A stretch of DNA of 64,000 nucleotides from Octopus sinensis (Eukaryota): NCBI RefSeq assembly GCF_006345805.1, contig NC_043024.1, positions 2,728,001 to 2,792,000 of the forward strand, in the 5' to 3' direction. Position 1 is the stretch's first letter; each line of letters starts with the position of its first letter. Positions 12,131 to 23,611 of the stretch are shown here, piece after piece. The notes beneath the pieces were generated by a model. That model was given only the letters and a program-made list of their open reading frames with translations, was not told where the DNA came from and searched no databases. A program made the position numbers and the translations under genes.

Positions 12131-12276
12131 CTAAAAGAGTGGCAGAGAAAGAATTATGAGACAATAATAAAAGACATTGATGTAAATAAATGGTATGGTT
12201 CCCCCCCAACCTTACCAGCAATGGATTTAGGTCTGTGAGTTGACAGTTCAAAATCCTGACCTCTCAGTATGATACC

Positions 12277-12684
12277 TATTTCTTTACTACCCACAAGGGG
12301 CTAAACACAGAGGGGACAAACAAGGACAGACAAACGGATTAGTTTGATTACATTGACCCCAGTGTGCAACTGACACTTATTTAATCGACCCCGAAAGGAT
12401 GAAAGGCAAAGTCGACCTCAGCGGAATTTGAACTCAGAACGTAACAGCAGACGAAATACCTATTCCTTTACTACCCACAAGGGGCTAAACACAGAGGCGA
12501 CAAACAAGGACAGACAAATGGATTAAGTCGATTACATTGACCCCGGTGTGCAACTGATACTTATTTAATCGATCCTGAAAGGATGAAAGGCAAAGTCGAC
12601 CTCGGCGGAATTTGAACTCAGAACGTGGCTGCAGACGAAATACCGCTAAACATTTCGCCCGGCGCGCTAACGTTTCTGCCAGCT
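12277..12684 (-). mobile_element. SINE family 1, dimeric, with 16-bp target-site duplication
   Basis: TSD ctctcagtatgatacc at 12261-12276 and 12685-12700. Confidence 0.9.
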
Positions 12685-12789
12685 CTCTCAGTATGATACC
12701 AACACACCCAAGGCTGTCCCTGGGTCTATGTTACAAATTTCTTGTAGGGGTACCATATTTTGTTATGCAACCGTAATATGCTACAAAGT

Positions 12790-12975
12790 ATTGGGTTGTC
12801 CAGAAAGTTCCTGCCGATTTTTAAAGGAAAGAAAAAGGTCAATAAATACTTGCCATTACATTTTTAATCAACCAAATTGAACCATTTTGTTGCACAATGC
12901 ATCTCCATCTTTCCTTAACTTGAAAATACCCCCTTCCCAAAATTGAGGCGGTTTCATGGCAAAGAATTCATTAAG
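12790..12975 (-). mobile_element. Mariner right-end fragment
   Basis: Begins TA-TTGGGTTGTCCAGAAAGTT, the same TIR family as 28205-28676. Confidence 0.65.
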
Positions 12976-13255
12976 GTATCTTTTTATGTCATACAAAAAA
13001 AATCAGCATTTCAACTCAGTGTGAGTATGTGTGTATGTGTGTGCATGTAGAAGGGAAGTATGTGAATGCTTGTTCAAAACTTCCATGCTTTCTGAGATTC
13101 GCCAACACTACACCTGATTTTCTCCCCTCCATACGCACACAAGCATCTATCTGACTCATACACTGTTCACTTCCCAGACATTTGTACATTACTGCATATG
13201 CTTTATACGCACTTTGGACAAGTTGTGGTGCACCTGAGCACTGTATACAATAATT

Positions 13256-13305
<50 letters not shown>

Positions 13306-13434
13306 ATTATTATTATTATGTACCTTATTTTGTACCTTTTTTTATATATAAAATACTACAATTAGCGGTCATTATTGATAGTACGTGGTCAGCAGGTATG
13401 GTAATAAAAAGGGTTGAATAAGAGGCAAGAATAC

Positions 13435-13566
13435 CTGTATCTGTGGTAAGACATATCTTCTTTGTGCATCTAACGACATTATTACCTTCGCAGGAACATT
13501 CGTTGCAGTCGTCCATAAAGGTTTGCCCAACTCTGTAAGATGCTCCTTTGTGTTCGCAAACCTCCA
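13435..13566 (-). CDS. Gene A exon 3: pacifastin/VWC-like module 1 (VEVCEHKGASYRVGQTFMDDCNECSCEGNNVVRCTKKICLTTDT)
   Basis: Acceptor ttttttaacAG, donor GTattc, 132 nt, phase 1-1, six Cys in C-x16-C-x2-C-x-C-x7-C-x4-C. Confidence 0.88.
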
Positions 13567-13944
13567 CTGTTAAAAAATGTGACAAAAATGTTAATTTATA
13601 CTTGCATAATAATTAAGAATTAATTACCAAATTAAATTAAAATTGGACATTATAAAAACCATCAACGTATAAAATGATTAAGAATTGATTATTTACTCCA
13701 ATTAATTCGAATTAAAATTAGACACTGTAAAATGGTTAAGTATTATCTGCTGTAATTAATCTGAGGTAAATTATAATTAAGTCATCACAAGAGTCATTAG
13801 CACAAAGCACACAGATCTCATGTAAATCATAAGGGTCAATGTTTGACCTATAAATCACCAGGGTGTATGTGTGTGACATTCTTTGATCTGATGATGTAAG
13901 GAGAAGGAAAAATTAAGTAATTTTGGATTTAAAAATAATAAATG

Positions 13945-14490
13945 TGCCCTTTTAAAGCCTAGCCAGGCTCATGGGCCCAGTTTCCCGGCTTCAGTGGCGT
14001 ATGTGTTCCCCAGCTGGACGGGACGCCAGTCCATTGCAGTGTTACTCATTTTTGCCAGCTGAGTGGGTTGGATCAATGTCACATGAATCACGTGAACGAC
14101 CAGTCCACCAGATGTAGTTACACATCGCTGGTCACAATGCGTTCGTATTGTTTTAGCCTTCGAATGACGCCACCCTGCTGGCTAAGCGAGCAGGCCAACA
14201 GAAGAAAGAGTGAGAGAAAGTTGTGGTGAAAGAGTACAGCAGGGATCACCACCCCCTGCCGGAGCCTCGTGGAGGTTTTAGGTGTTTTCGCTCAATAAAC
14301 ACTCACAACGCCCGGTCTGGGAATCGAAACCGCAATCCTACAACCGCGAGTCCGCTGCCCTAACCACTGGGCCATTGCGCCTCCACTTGGATCAATGTGA
14401 AATGAAGTGTTTTGCTCAAGAACACAACACGTCACCCGGTCCAGGAATCGAAACCACAATCTTACGATCATGGTACTGACACCCTAACCA
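13945..14490 (-). mobile_element. tRNA-derived SINE with a second SINE nested at 14080-14386
   Basis: Two tRNA-like heads (GGTTCGATTCC B boxes on minus); 12-bp TSD ttggatcaatgt at 14068-14079 and 14387-14398. Confidence 0.8.
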
Positions 14491-14972
14491 CTAAGCCACG
14501 TGCCACCACAAATTTGGATTTAATAAAATTAAAATTAATCGTAATTATCAAATGAATATATAATTTTATGAACAGAAAGCATTGATAAATCAATTAAATA
14601 TTTGTCTCCTTAACAAATCAATACTCATCAATAGCTTAATTAAAAGTATTGATTTCATTGGCTTCCATGCCAGTGGCACATAAAAGGCACCATTCAAGCG
14701 TGATCGTTACCACATCGCCTTACTGGCACTTGTGCCGGTGGCATGCATAAAAACATTCGAGCGAGGTCATTGCCAGTACCGCTGACTGGCCCCCGTGCCA
14801 GTAGCACGTAAAAAGTACCCCACTGTACTCTCGGAGTGGTTGGCATTAGGAAGGGCATCCAGCTGTAGAAACTCTGCCAGATCAAGATTGGAGCCTGGTG
14901 CAGCCATCTGGTTCGCCAGGCCTCAGTCAAGATCGTCTAACCCATGCCAACATGGAAAACGGACGTTAAACA

Positions 14973-15017
<45 letters not shown>

Positions 15018-15280
15018 TTATACCCAAGCTAAAATGTGAACTCATGACAGCTATTTAATGAAGATTAATTAAGAAAGATTAATTAATTAACTTACTCTTG
15101 CATTCAATCCCATCATACCAAGTGCACATGCACTCTCCCATGTAGGAAGGAAAGGTCTCTCCTACATGGTAAGCTCTACCTTCATGGTAACACTCTGTAA
15201 CCAAACAACATGGAGAAATATACAGAAAGAGCAAAACAATAAAATAAAAGCAAAAAATAGAATAAGCAAAAATATATATA

Positions 15281-15690
15281 GGTGCAGGAGTGGCTGTGTG
15301 GTAAGTAGCTTGCTAACCAACCACATGGTTCTGGGTTCAATCCCACTGCGTGGCATCTTGGGCAAGTGTCTTCTGCTATAGCCCCGGGCCGGCCAATGCC
15401 TTGTGAGTGGATTTGGTAGACGGAAACTGAAAGAAGCCCGTCGTGTATATATATATATGTATGTGTGCATGTGTTTGTGTGTCTGTGTTTGTCCTCCTAG
15501 CATTGCTTGACAACCGATGCTGGTGTGTTTATGTCCCCGTTACCTAGCGGTTCGGCAAAAGAAAACGATAGAATAAGTACTGGGCTTACAAAAGAATAAG
15601 TTCCGGGGTCGAGTTGCTCGACTAAAGGCAGTGCTCCAGCATGGCCGCAGTCAAATGACTGAAACAAGTAAAAGAGAAAGAGAGAGAACA
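15281..15690 (+). mobile_element. tRNA-derived SINE family 2 (CORE-like block, internal TA/TG microsatellite, (gtaaaaga)n tail)
   Basis: Full-length copy; related copies near 19114, 29040, 32690, 33790, 35235-36000, 38255, 39895-40130, 42490-42920, 56040-56430, 59190-59630. Confidence 0.8.
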
Positions 15691-15714
15691 AACAAAAGAA
15701 TAACGTATAAATAC

Positions 15715-15798
15715 CTGGTGGTAATGTGCAGATAACGATGTGTGGTCCCAAACTATCATTTTTCCCACTAAATGGACCTGCAATGCTGTAACAGTCAC
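15715..15798 (-). CDS. Gene A exon 2 (GDCYSIAGPFSGKNDSLGPHIVICTLPP), collapsed homologue of gene B exon 2
   Basis: Acceptor ggttcttccAG, donor GTattt, 84 nt, phase 1-1, open; 5' end GTGACTGTTACAGCATTG vs gene B GTGACGGTCTCAGCATTG. Confidence 0.75.
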
Positions 15799-15878
15799 CT
15801 GGAAGAACCAATAATAATAATAATAAACAAATATATAAAACAAACATGTCTTCGTTAATTTTATTTATTTATAAGAAA

Positions 15879-16184
15879 CTAGCAGTATCGCCCGGCGTTG
15901 CTCGGGTTTGTAAGGGAAATAACTATATAAGCAATTTTAGAGAGTTACTTCCCTTGTATAACCCGAGCAAAAATCATTAGAAATGCGGAAAAATGATGGT
16001 AAATTTTTTTTAAATCGTAGACTCATCGTAGACGCGCGCTAATACCCAGAAGGGCTCGATATGAATGACAACTATAAGATACCTGCTTTTGGTTAAACTG
16101 CACCGCAAAATGTGGGAGTAGTTAGGAATCTAAATCGGAGGAGACAGAGTCTCACACACACAACTTCAATGTTATATATAAAGA
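15879..16184 (-). mobile_element. Non-autonomous Helitron (306 bp)
   Basis: A|TC...CTAG|T termini with subterminal hairpin cccgagcaacgccggg; same-length copy at 43447-43752. Confidence 0.85.
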
Positions 16185-16613
16185 TGTGTGAATAGCATCT
16201 TGTTGTTGATTGTGTCTTGTGTAAAGTAATAATAATAATGAAATTATTGTATACAGTGGGCTCAGGTGCACCACAACTTGTCAGAAAGTGCGTATAAAGC
16301 ATGTGCAGTAATGTACAAATGTCTGGGAAGTGAACAGTGTATGAGTCAGATACATGTTTGTGTGTGTATGGAGGGGAGAACGTCAGGTGTAGTGTTGGCG
16401 AATCTCAGGAAGCATGGAAGTTTTGAAGGATGCAGTGCTCCAACAACTAACAACTGATGCCAGCAGTTTGTTCCATGCTTCAGCAACTCTCAGCGTGAAA
16501 AAATGTTTCCTGAAGTCATGGGAGCTGTGCTGTTTTCTGACTTTGTAAATATAATGTCACAAAGGAGGAGATAAATATAATTTCACAAGATTGCTATTAT
16601 ATACACTGGTCAA

Positions 16614-17010
16614 GGCAGTGAGAACGGCAGAAACGTTAACAAGCCAGGTGTAATGCTTAGCGGTATTTCATCTGTCTTTATGTTCTGAGTTCAAATTCTG
16701 TCGAGGTCGACTTTGCCTTTCATCCTTTCGGGGCCGATTAAATAAGTACCAGTTACACACTGGGGTCGATGTAATCGACTTAATCCTTTTGTCTGCCCTT
16801 GTTTGTCCCCTCTGTGTTTAGCCCCTTGTGGGTAGTAAAGAAATAGGTATTTTGTCTGTCTTTATGTTCTGAGTTCAAATTCCACTGAGGTCAACTTTGT
16901 CTTTCATCCTTTCGGGGTTGATAAATTAAGGACCAGTTGTGTACTTGGGTCGATCTAATCGACTGGCCCCCTCCCCCAAAATTTCAGGCCTTGTGCCTAG
17001 AGTAGAAAAG
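16614..17010 (+). mobile_element. SINE family 1 inserted only in the gene A copy, 18-bp TSD
   Basis: TSD attatatacactggtcaa at 16596-16613 and 17011-17028; empty site in gene B near 38205-38225. Confidence 0.9.
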
Positions 17011-17113
17011 ATTATATACACTGGTCAACTATATCACATGTAGTAAAATCATACCTAAAATAATTAATGTAATCAAGCAAGGAATTTTAATTAATTAGGA
17101 TATATGTCATAAT

Positions 17114-17321
17114 TTTGTTTGTCCTTTTCTTGAGCCATGCCTAGCTCATAAGGGCCGGATCCCTGGTTTCCTTGGAATATAGGTTCCCCACCTGGATGCC
17201 GGTCCGTCACAGGTGAGCTGCAAGATGCAGGATGCAGGAGGAAAGAGTGAGTCTGAGATTCAAACCTGCGATCACTCGACTGCGAGTCCACTGCTCTAAC
17301 CACTAGGCCATGTGCCTCCGC
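17114..17321 (-). mobile_element. tRNA-derived SINE inserted only in the gene A copy, 10-bp TSD
   Basis: TSD atgtcataat at 17104-17113 and 17322-17331; empty site in gene B near 38120-38135. Confidence 0.85.
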
Positions 17322-17864
17322 ATGTCATAATAGGAAAAGAAAATAATTATTATAAACTAAATGATTGTGATCTGGAAATACATGGAAGAAGAGTTTCATT
17401 TAATTAAAATTGGCTAAAAATAGAATTATTGAGGAGTAAATCTGATCTTTGTTTCAAATGTGACAACTCTGAGTATGTTTCAGTATTATTTGACCTCTTC
17501 AGTGGAGTATAATCTATCTATTATTGCTAGATTTATGAAAGAACTGAGAAAGTATATATAGTATTTTAGTGAACAAACATTGAGATGAAGTCTTAAAAGA
17601 CTGACTGTGGTAAAAATAAAAATTAGAAAGAAATGTCAGCCACAGCATCACCCAGACATATCTATTTGGAACTAGCAGAACTTCATTGACAGAATGTTAA
17701 CTTTGAAATGATAACAACAAAGTAGTTAAAACTTGAAAACTTCAAAAGATAAGGAAAGAAGATGAAGAATAAGAGAAAAAATGATGACGAATTGTGTAAA
17801 AGAATAAAAGAAATATGGTAAATGTGGAATACGGTATTAAGGAATTCTTTGAGATCTCCTTTAC

Positions 17865-17916
17865 CTGTTGAGATGGCAGCAACAAAGAAGCAGAATGCGG
17901 AGAGATATGCCAGCAT
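17865..17916 (-). CDS. Gene A exon 1 coding part: signal peptide MLAYLSAFCFFVAAIST
   Basis: ATG 62 nt downstream of TATAAAAG; hydrophobic 17-mer ending in small residues; donor ACAG|GTAAAG, phase 1. Confidence 0.85.
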
Positions 17917-17970
17917 GTTGTAGTTTTGTTGTGGTTGGTTAGAATGGTGAAGTTTTGGTAGTTTTCAGGT

Positions 17971-18190
17971 CTTTTATAGCAAAATGTAACATCAATAAGA
18001 TTAATGGCTTATCAACAGGATTAACATCACGGAATATAATCTATTGTTAATGATGTAATATCAATAAGGATTAATGTCTTATGAACAGGATTAACATCTT
18101 AGTATAACAATCCATTGTTATTAATCTGATATCAAGGGGATTAATGTCTTATTGTCTGGATTAACATCTTAGAAAATAATCCATTGTTAT
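17971..18190 (-). promoter_or_regulatory. Gene A promoter: TATA box + three ~69-bp repeats carrying TAATCC/TAATCT sites
   Basis: TATAAAAG at 17971-17978 (minus); GGATTA at 18018, 18068, 18088, 18138, 18158; AGATTA 17998; TAATCC 18178. Confidence 0.7.
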
Positions 18191-19556
18191 AGATGTTAGG
18201 GTGTTTGGGTTTGTGATATTTTTCTCACATTGTCTTTTAATTTCTAATGTCTCAACAATAAAATACGACATAAGCTCTGTCAATATTTCCGTTGCTGAAG
18301 ACAGTGAGCTGGGAGAAACGTTAGCATGCCGGGCGAAACGCTTAGCGGTATTTCGTCCCCTCTGTGTTTAGCCCCTTGTGGGTAGTAAAGAAATAGGTAT
18401 TTTGTCTGCCTTTACATTCTGAGTTCAAATTCCGCTGAGGTCAACTTTGTCTTTCATCCTTTCAGAGTCGATTAAATAAGTACCAGTTATGCGCTGGGGT
18501 CGATATAATCGACTTAATCCGTTTGTCTGTCCTTGTTTGTCCTCTCTGTGTTTAGCCCTTTGTGGGTAGTAAAGAAATAGGTATTTCGTCTGTCTTTATG
18601 TTCTGAGTTCAAATTCCGCCGAGGTCGACTGTGCCTTTCATCCTTTCGGGGTCAATTAAATAAGTACCAGTTATGTACTGGGGTTGATTTAATCGACTGA
18701 CCCCCTATCCCCAAATTTTGGGCCTTGTGCCTAGAGTAGAAAATATTATTTTCATTGCTCTTCGTCGTTGTTGTCAGATCTTTCTTAATAGTTATTACAG
18801 ATTCTAATATTTGCCATTAAAAATAAGTCAAGATTAATTTATATTTTGGGTCTTGTTTCATACAACCACATGAAGGTGCATGGCTCAGTGGTTAGGGTGA
18901 TCAGCTGTCACTTGTGGGGCTGTGAGTTCAATTCCCAGCAGTGTGTTGTGTCCTTAATTAAGACATGTTATTTCATGTTGCCAGTAATTCAAAGGGGGCC
19001 AAACTTGTCACATTCTGTGTCACGCTGAATCTCTCTGGGAACTATGCTAAGGGTACACGTGTCTGTGGAGTACTCAGCCACTTGCACATAAATTTCACAA
19101 GCGTAAATTTCATAGGCGCAGGAGTAGCTGTGTTGTAAGAAGCTTGCTTACCAACCACATGGTTCCAGGTTCAGTCCCACTGTGAGGCATCTTGGGCAAG
19201 TGTCTTCTACTATAACCTCGGGCTGACCAAAGCCTTGTGAGTGGATTTGGTAGACGGAAACTGAAAGAAGCCTGTCGTATATATATGTGTGTGTGTCTGT
19301 CCCCCTAGCATTGCTTGACAACCATGCCAAAAGTAAGACATTGGAGGGATATATGGTCCTTCAGCCCTTTGAATCCTATCAGACTATCCTATCCATGCCA
19401 GCATGGAAAGTAAATTAAAAAATGACAATGATGATGATGATAATGATGATAAAATAAATGAATAAATTCAAATATTAACAATATTTTAGGAATTTTATTT
19501 CTTTGAATTATTCATTTCCAAATCAGGCCAAAGTTTGCCTTCAGTATCTCATGTAT

Positions 19557-22500
19557 ATTTATATACATATATATAATTTGTATATATTTATATACATATA
19601 TATAATTTGTATATATTTATATACATATATATAATTTGTATATATTTATATACATATATATAATTTGTATATATTTATATAAATATATATATAATTTGTA
19701 TATATTTATATACATATATATAATTTGTATATATTCATATACATATATGTATAATTTGTATATATATTCATATACATATATATAATTTGTATATATTCAT
19801 ATACATATATTATTTGTATGTATTCATATACATATATTATTTGTATGTATTCATATACATATATATAATTTGTATATATTCTTATACATATATATAATTT
19901 GTATATATTCATATACATATATATAATTTGTATATATTCATATACATATATATAATTTATATATATTTATATACAAATATATAATTTGTATATATTTATA
20001 TACATATATATAATTTGTATATATTTATATATATATATATATAATTTGTATATATTTATATACATATATATAATTTGTATATATTCATACACATATATAT
20101 AATTTGTATATATTCATATACATATATGTATAATTTGTGTATATTTATATACAAATATATAAATTGTATATATTTATATACATATATACAATTTGTATAT
20201 ATTTATATACATATATATAATTTGTATAAATTTATATATATGTATATAAATATATATTAATTATATCTATATTTATATATATTTTGTATATATTTACGTA
20301 GAAATATACAATTTGTACACGTTTATATACGAATATATAATTTGTATACGTTTATATACATATATATAATTTGTATAAATTTATATACATATATATAATT
20401 TGTATACATATATACATATATATAATTTGTATGCATATATATAATTTGTATATCTTCATATACATATATATAATTTGCATATATTCCTATACATAAATGT
20501 AACTTGTATATATTCATATACATATATGTAATTTGTATATATTCATATACATATATATAATTTGTATATATTCATATACATATATGTAATTCGTATATCT
20601 TCATATACATATATGTAATTCGTATATCTTCATATACATATATGTAATTCGTATATCTTCATATACATATATGTAATTTGTATATCTTCATATACATATA
20701 TGTAATTTGTATATCTTCATATACTTATACATAATTTGTATATATTCATATACATTTATGTCATTTGTATATCTTCATATTCATATATATAATTTGTATA
20801 TATTCATATGTATATATGTAATTTGTATATATACATATACTTATATGTAATTTGTATATATTCATATAGATATATATAATTTGTATATATTCATATACAT
20901 ATATATAATTTGTATATATTTATATACAAATATATAATTTGTATATATATATATACATATATATAATTTGTTTATATTCATATACATATATATAATATGT
21001 ATATATTCATATACATATATATAATTTGTATATATTCATATACATATATATAATTTATATATATTTATATAGAAATATATAATTTGTATATATTTATATA
21101 CATATATATAATTTGTATATATTTATATACATATATATAATTTGTATATATTTATATACATATATATAATTTGTATATATTTATATACATATATATAATT
21201 TGTATATATTTATATACATATATATAATTTTTATATATTCATACACATATATATAATTTGTATATATTCATATATATATAATTTGTATATATTTATATAC
21301 AAATATATAAATTGTATATATTTATATACATATATATAATTTGTATATATTTATATACATATATATAATTTGTATAATTTTATATACATATATATAATTT
21401 GTATATATTTATATACATATATATAATTTGTATAATTTTATATATATGTATATAATATATACTAATTATATCTATATTTATATATATTTTGTATATATTT
21501 ATATAGAAATATACAATTTGTATACGTTTATATACGTATATATAATTTGTATACGTTTATATACATATATATAATTTGCATACATTTATATACATATATA
21601 TAATTTGTATACATTTATATACATTTATATAATTTGTATACATTTATATACATATATATAATTTGTATGCATATATATAATTTGTATATATACATATACT
21701 TATAGGTAATTTGTATATATTCATATACATATGTCATTTGTATATCTTCATATTCATATATATAATTGGTATATATTCATATGCATATATGTAATTTGTA
21801 TATATACATATACTTATATGTAATTTGTATATATTCATATACATATATGTCATTTGTATATCTTCATATACATATATATAATTTGTATATATATTCATAT
21901 ACATATGTATAATTTGTATATATTCATATATATATAATTTGTATATATTCATATATATATAATTTGTATATATTTATATACAAATATATAATTTGTATAT
22001 ATTTATATACGTATATATAATTTGTAAATATTTATATATATGTATATAAATATATACAAATTATATATATTATTACATATATTTTGTATATATATATATA
22101 CAAATATATAATTTGTATACGTTTATATACATATAGAGAATTTGTATACGTTTATATACATATATATAATTTGTATACGTTTATATACATATATATAATT
22201 TGTATACTTTTATATACATATATATAATTTGTATACTTTTATATACATATATAAAATTTGTATACGTTTATATACATATATAAAATTTGTATACGTTTAT
22301 ATACATATATATAATTTGTATACGTTTATATACATATATATAATTTGTATACGTTTATATACATATATATAATTTGTATACGTTTATATACATATATATA
22401 ATTTGTATACGTTTATATACATATATATAATTTGTATACGTTTATATACATATATATAATTTGTATACATATATATAATTTGTATATATTTGTATGCATA

Positions 22501-23215
22501 TATATAGTTTGTATATATTTACATGCATATATGCAGTTTGTATATATTTACATACATATATGCAATTTATATATATTTACATACCTATATACAATTTGCA
22601 TATATTTACATACCTATATGCAATTTGCATATATTTACATTCCTATATGCAATTTGCATATATTTACATTCCTATATGCAATTTGCATATATTTACATTC
22701 CTATATGCAATTTCCATGTATTTACATTCCTATATGCAATTTCCATGTATTTACATACCTATATGCAATTTGCATGTATTTACATACCTATATGCAATTT
22801 GCATGTATTTACATACCTATATGCAATTTGCATGTATTTACATACCTATATGCAATTTGCATGTATTTACATACCTATATGCAATTTGCATGTATTTACA
22901 TACCTATATGCAATTTGCAGGTATTTACATACCTATATGCAATTTGCAGGTATTTACATACCTATATGCAATATGCATGAATTTACATACATATATGCAA
23001 TTTGCATGTATTTACATAACTATATACAATTTGCATGTATTTACAAACCTATATACAATTTGCACGTATATACATACCCATATACAATTTGCATATATTT
23101 ACATACCTATATACAATTTGCATATATTTACGTACCTATATACAATTTGCATATATTTACATACCTATATACAATTTGTTTATATTTACATACCTATATA
23201 TAATTTGCATATATA
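19557..23215. repeat. 29-bp AT-rich minisatellite, about 3.7 kb, roughly 125 units
   Basis: Period of 29 measured at 19566/19595 and 22621/22650; consensus drifts along the array. Confidence 0.9.
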
Positions 23216-23494
23216 CAATTGTCTATAAAGCATACAATGTAGAGAAAAAAAGATTTGAACACCTGGAGGAAAGCACCATCGAAAAGTGTCTTGGTGCGAC
23301 TATGAAAGATATCCACGCAGAAGTAGAGGTAGGCTGGATTGTAGTCACACTTCTACACCAGAGGTAGGACAAAATACAATTGGTCGAAATTGCAAGAGAC
23401 GGACCTACAATTCCAGTCTGTTATATATTTAGGGCATTCTTATCACTAGCGATATCAAGATATAACATTGTATTTTGTATTTTATGTGTAAATG

Positions 23495-23525
<31 letters not shown>

Positions 23526-23611
23526 ACATGTAATATGAACACATATATATACTCATATATACATGGACTAGCACTATGACCCGGCAACGACCGGGTCATA
23601 ATGCTAGTATA

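Larger units (their letters stand above)
16560..19280. repeat. Left arm of an inverted segmental duplication (partner about 35835-38240) carrying promoter, exon 1 and part of intron 1
   Basis: Continuous reverse-complement match, interrupted only by A-specific SINE insertions and SINE unit-number differences. Confidence 0.9.

Noticed and set aside
15281-15360. tRNA genes at SINE heads (many sites)
   Set aside because: A/B boxes are present but there is no complete cloverleaf, and each continues into a SINE body.
17683-17916. 77-aa single-exon hydrophobic ORFs (also 37535-37768)
   Set aside because: Only the first 17 codons are a signal peptide; a strong donor follows and the rest is intronic read-through.
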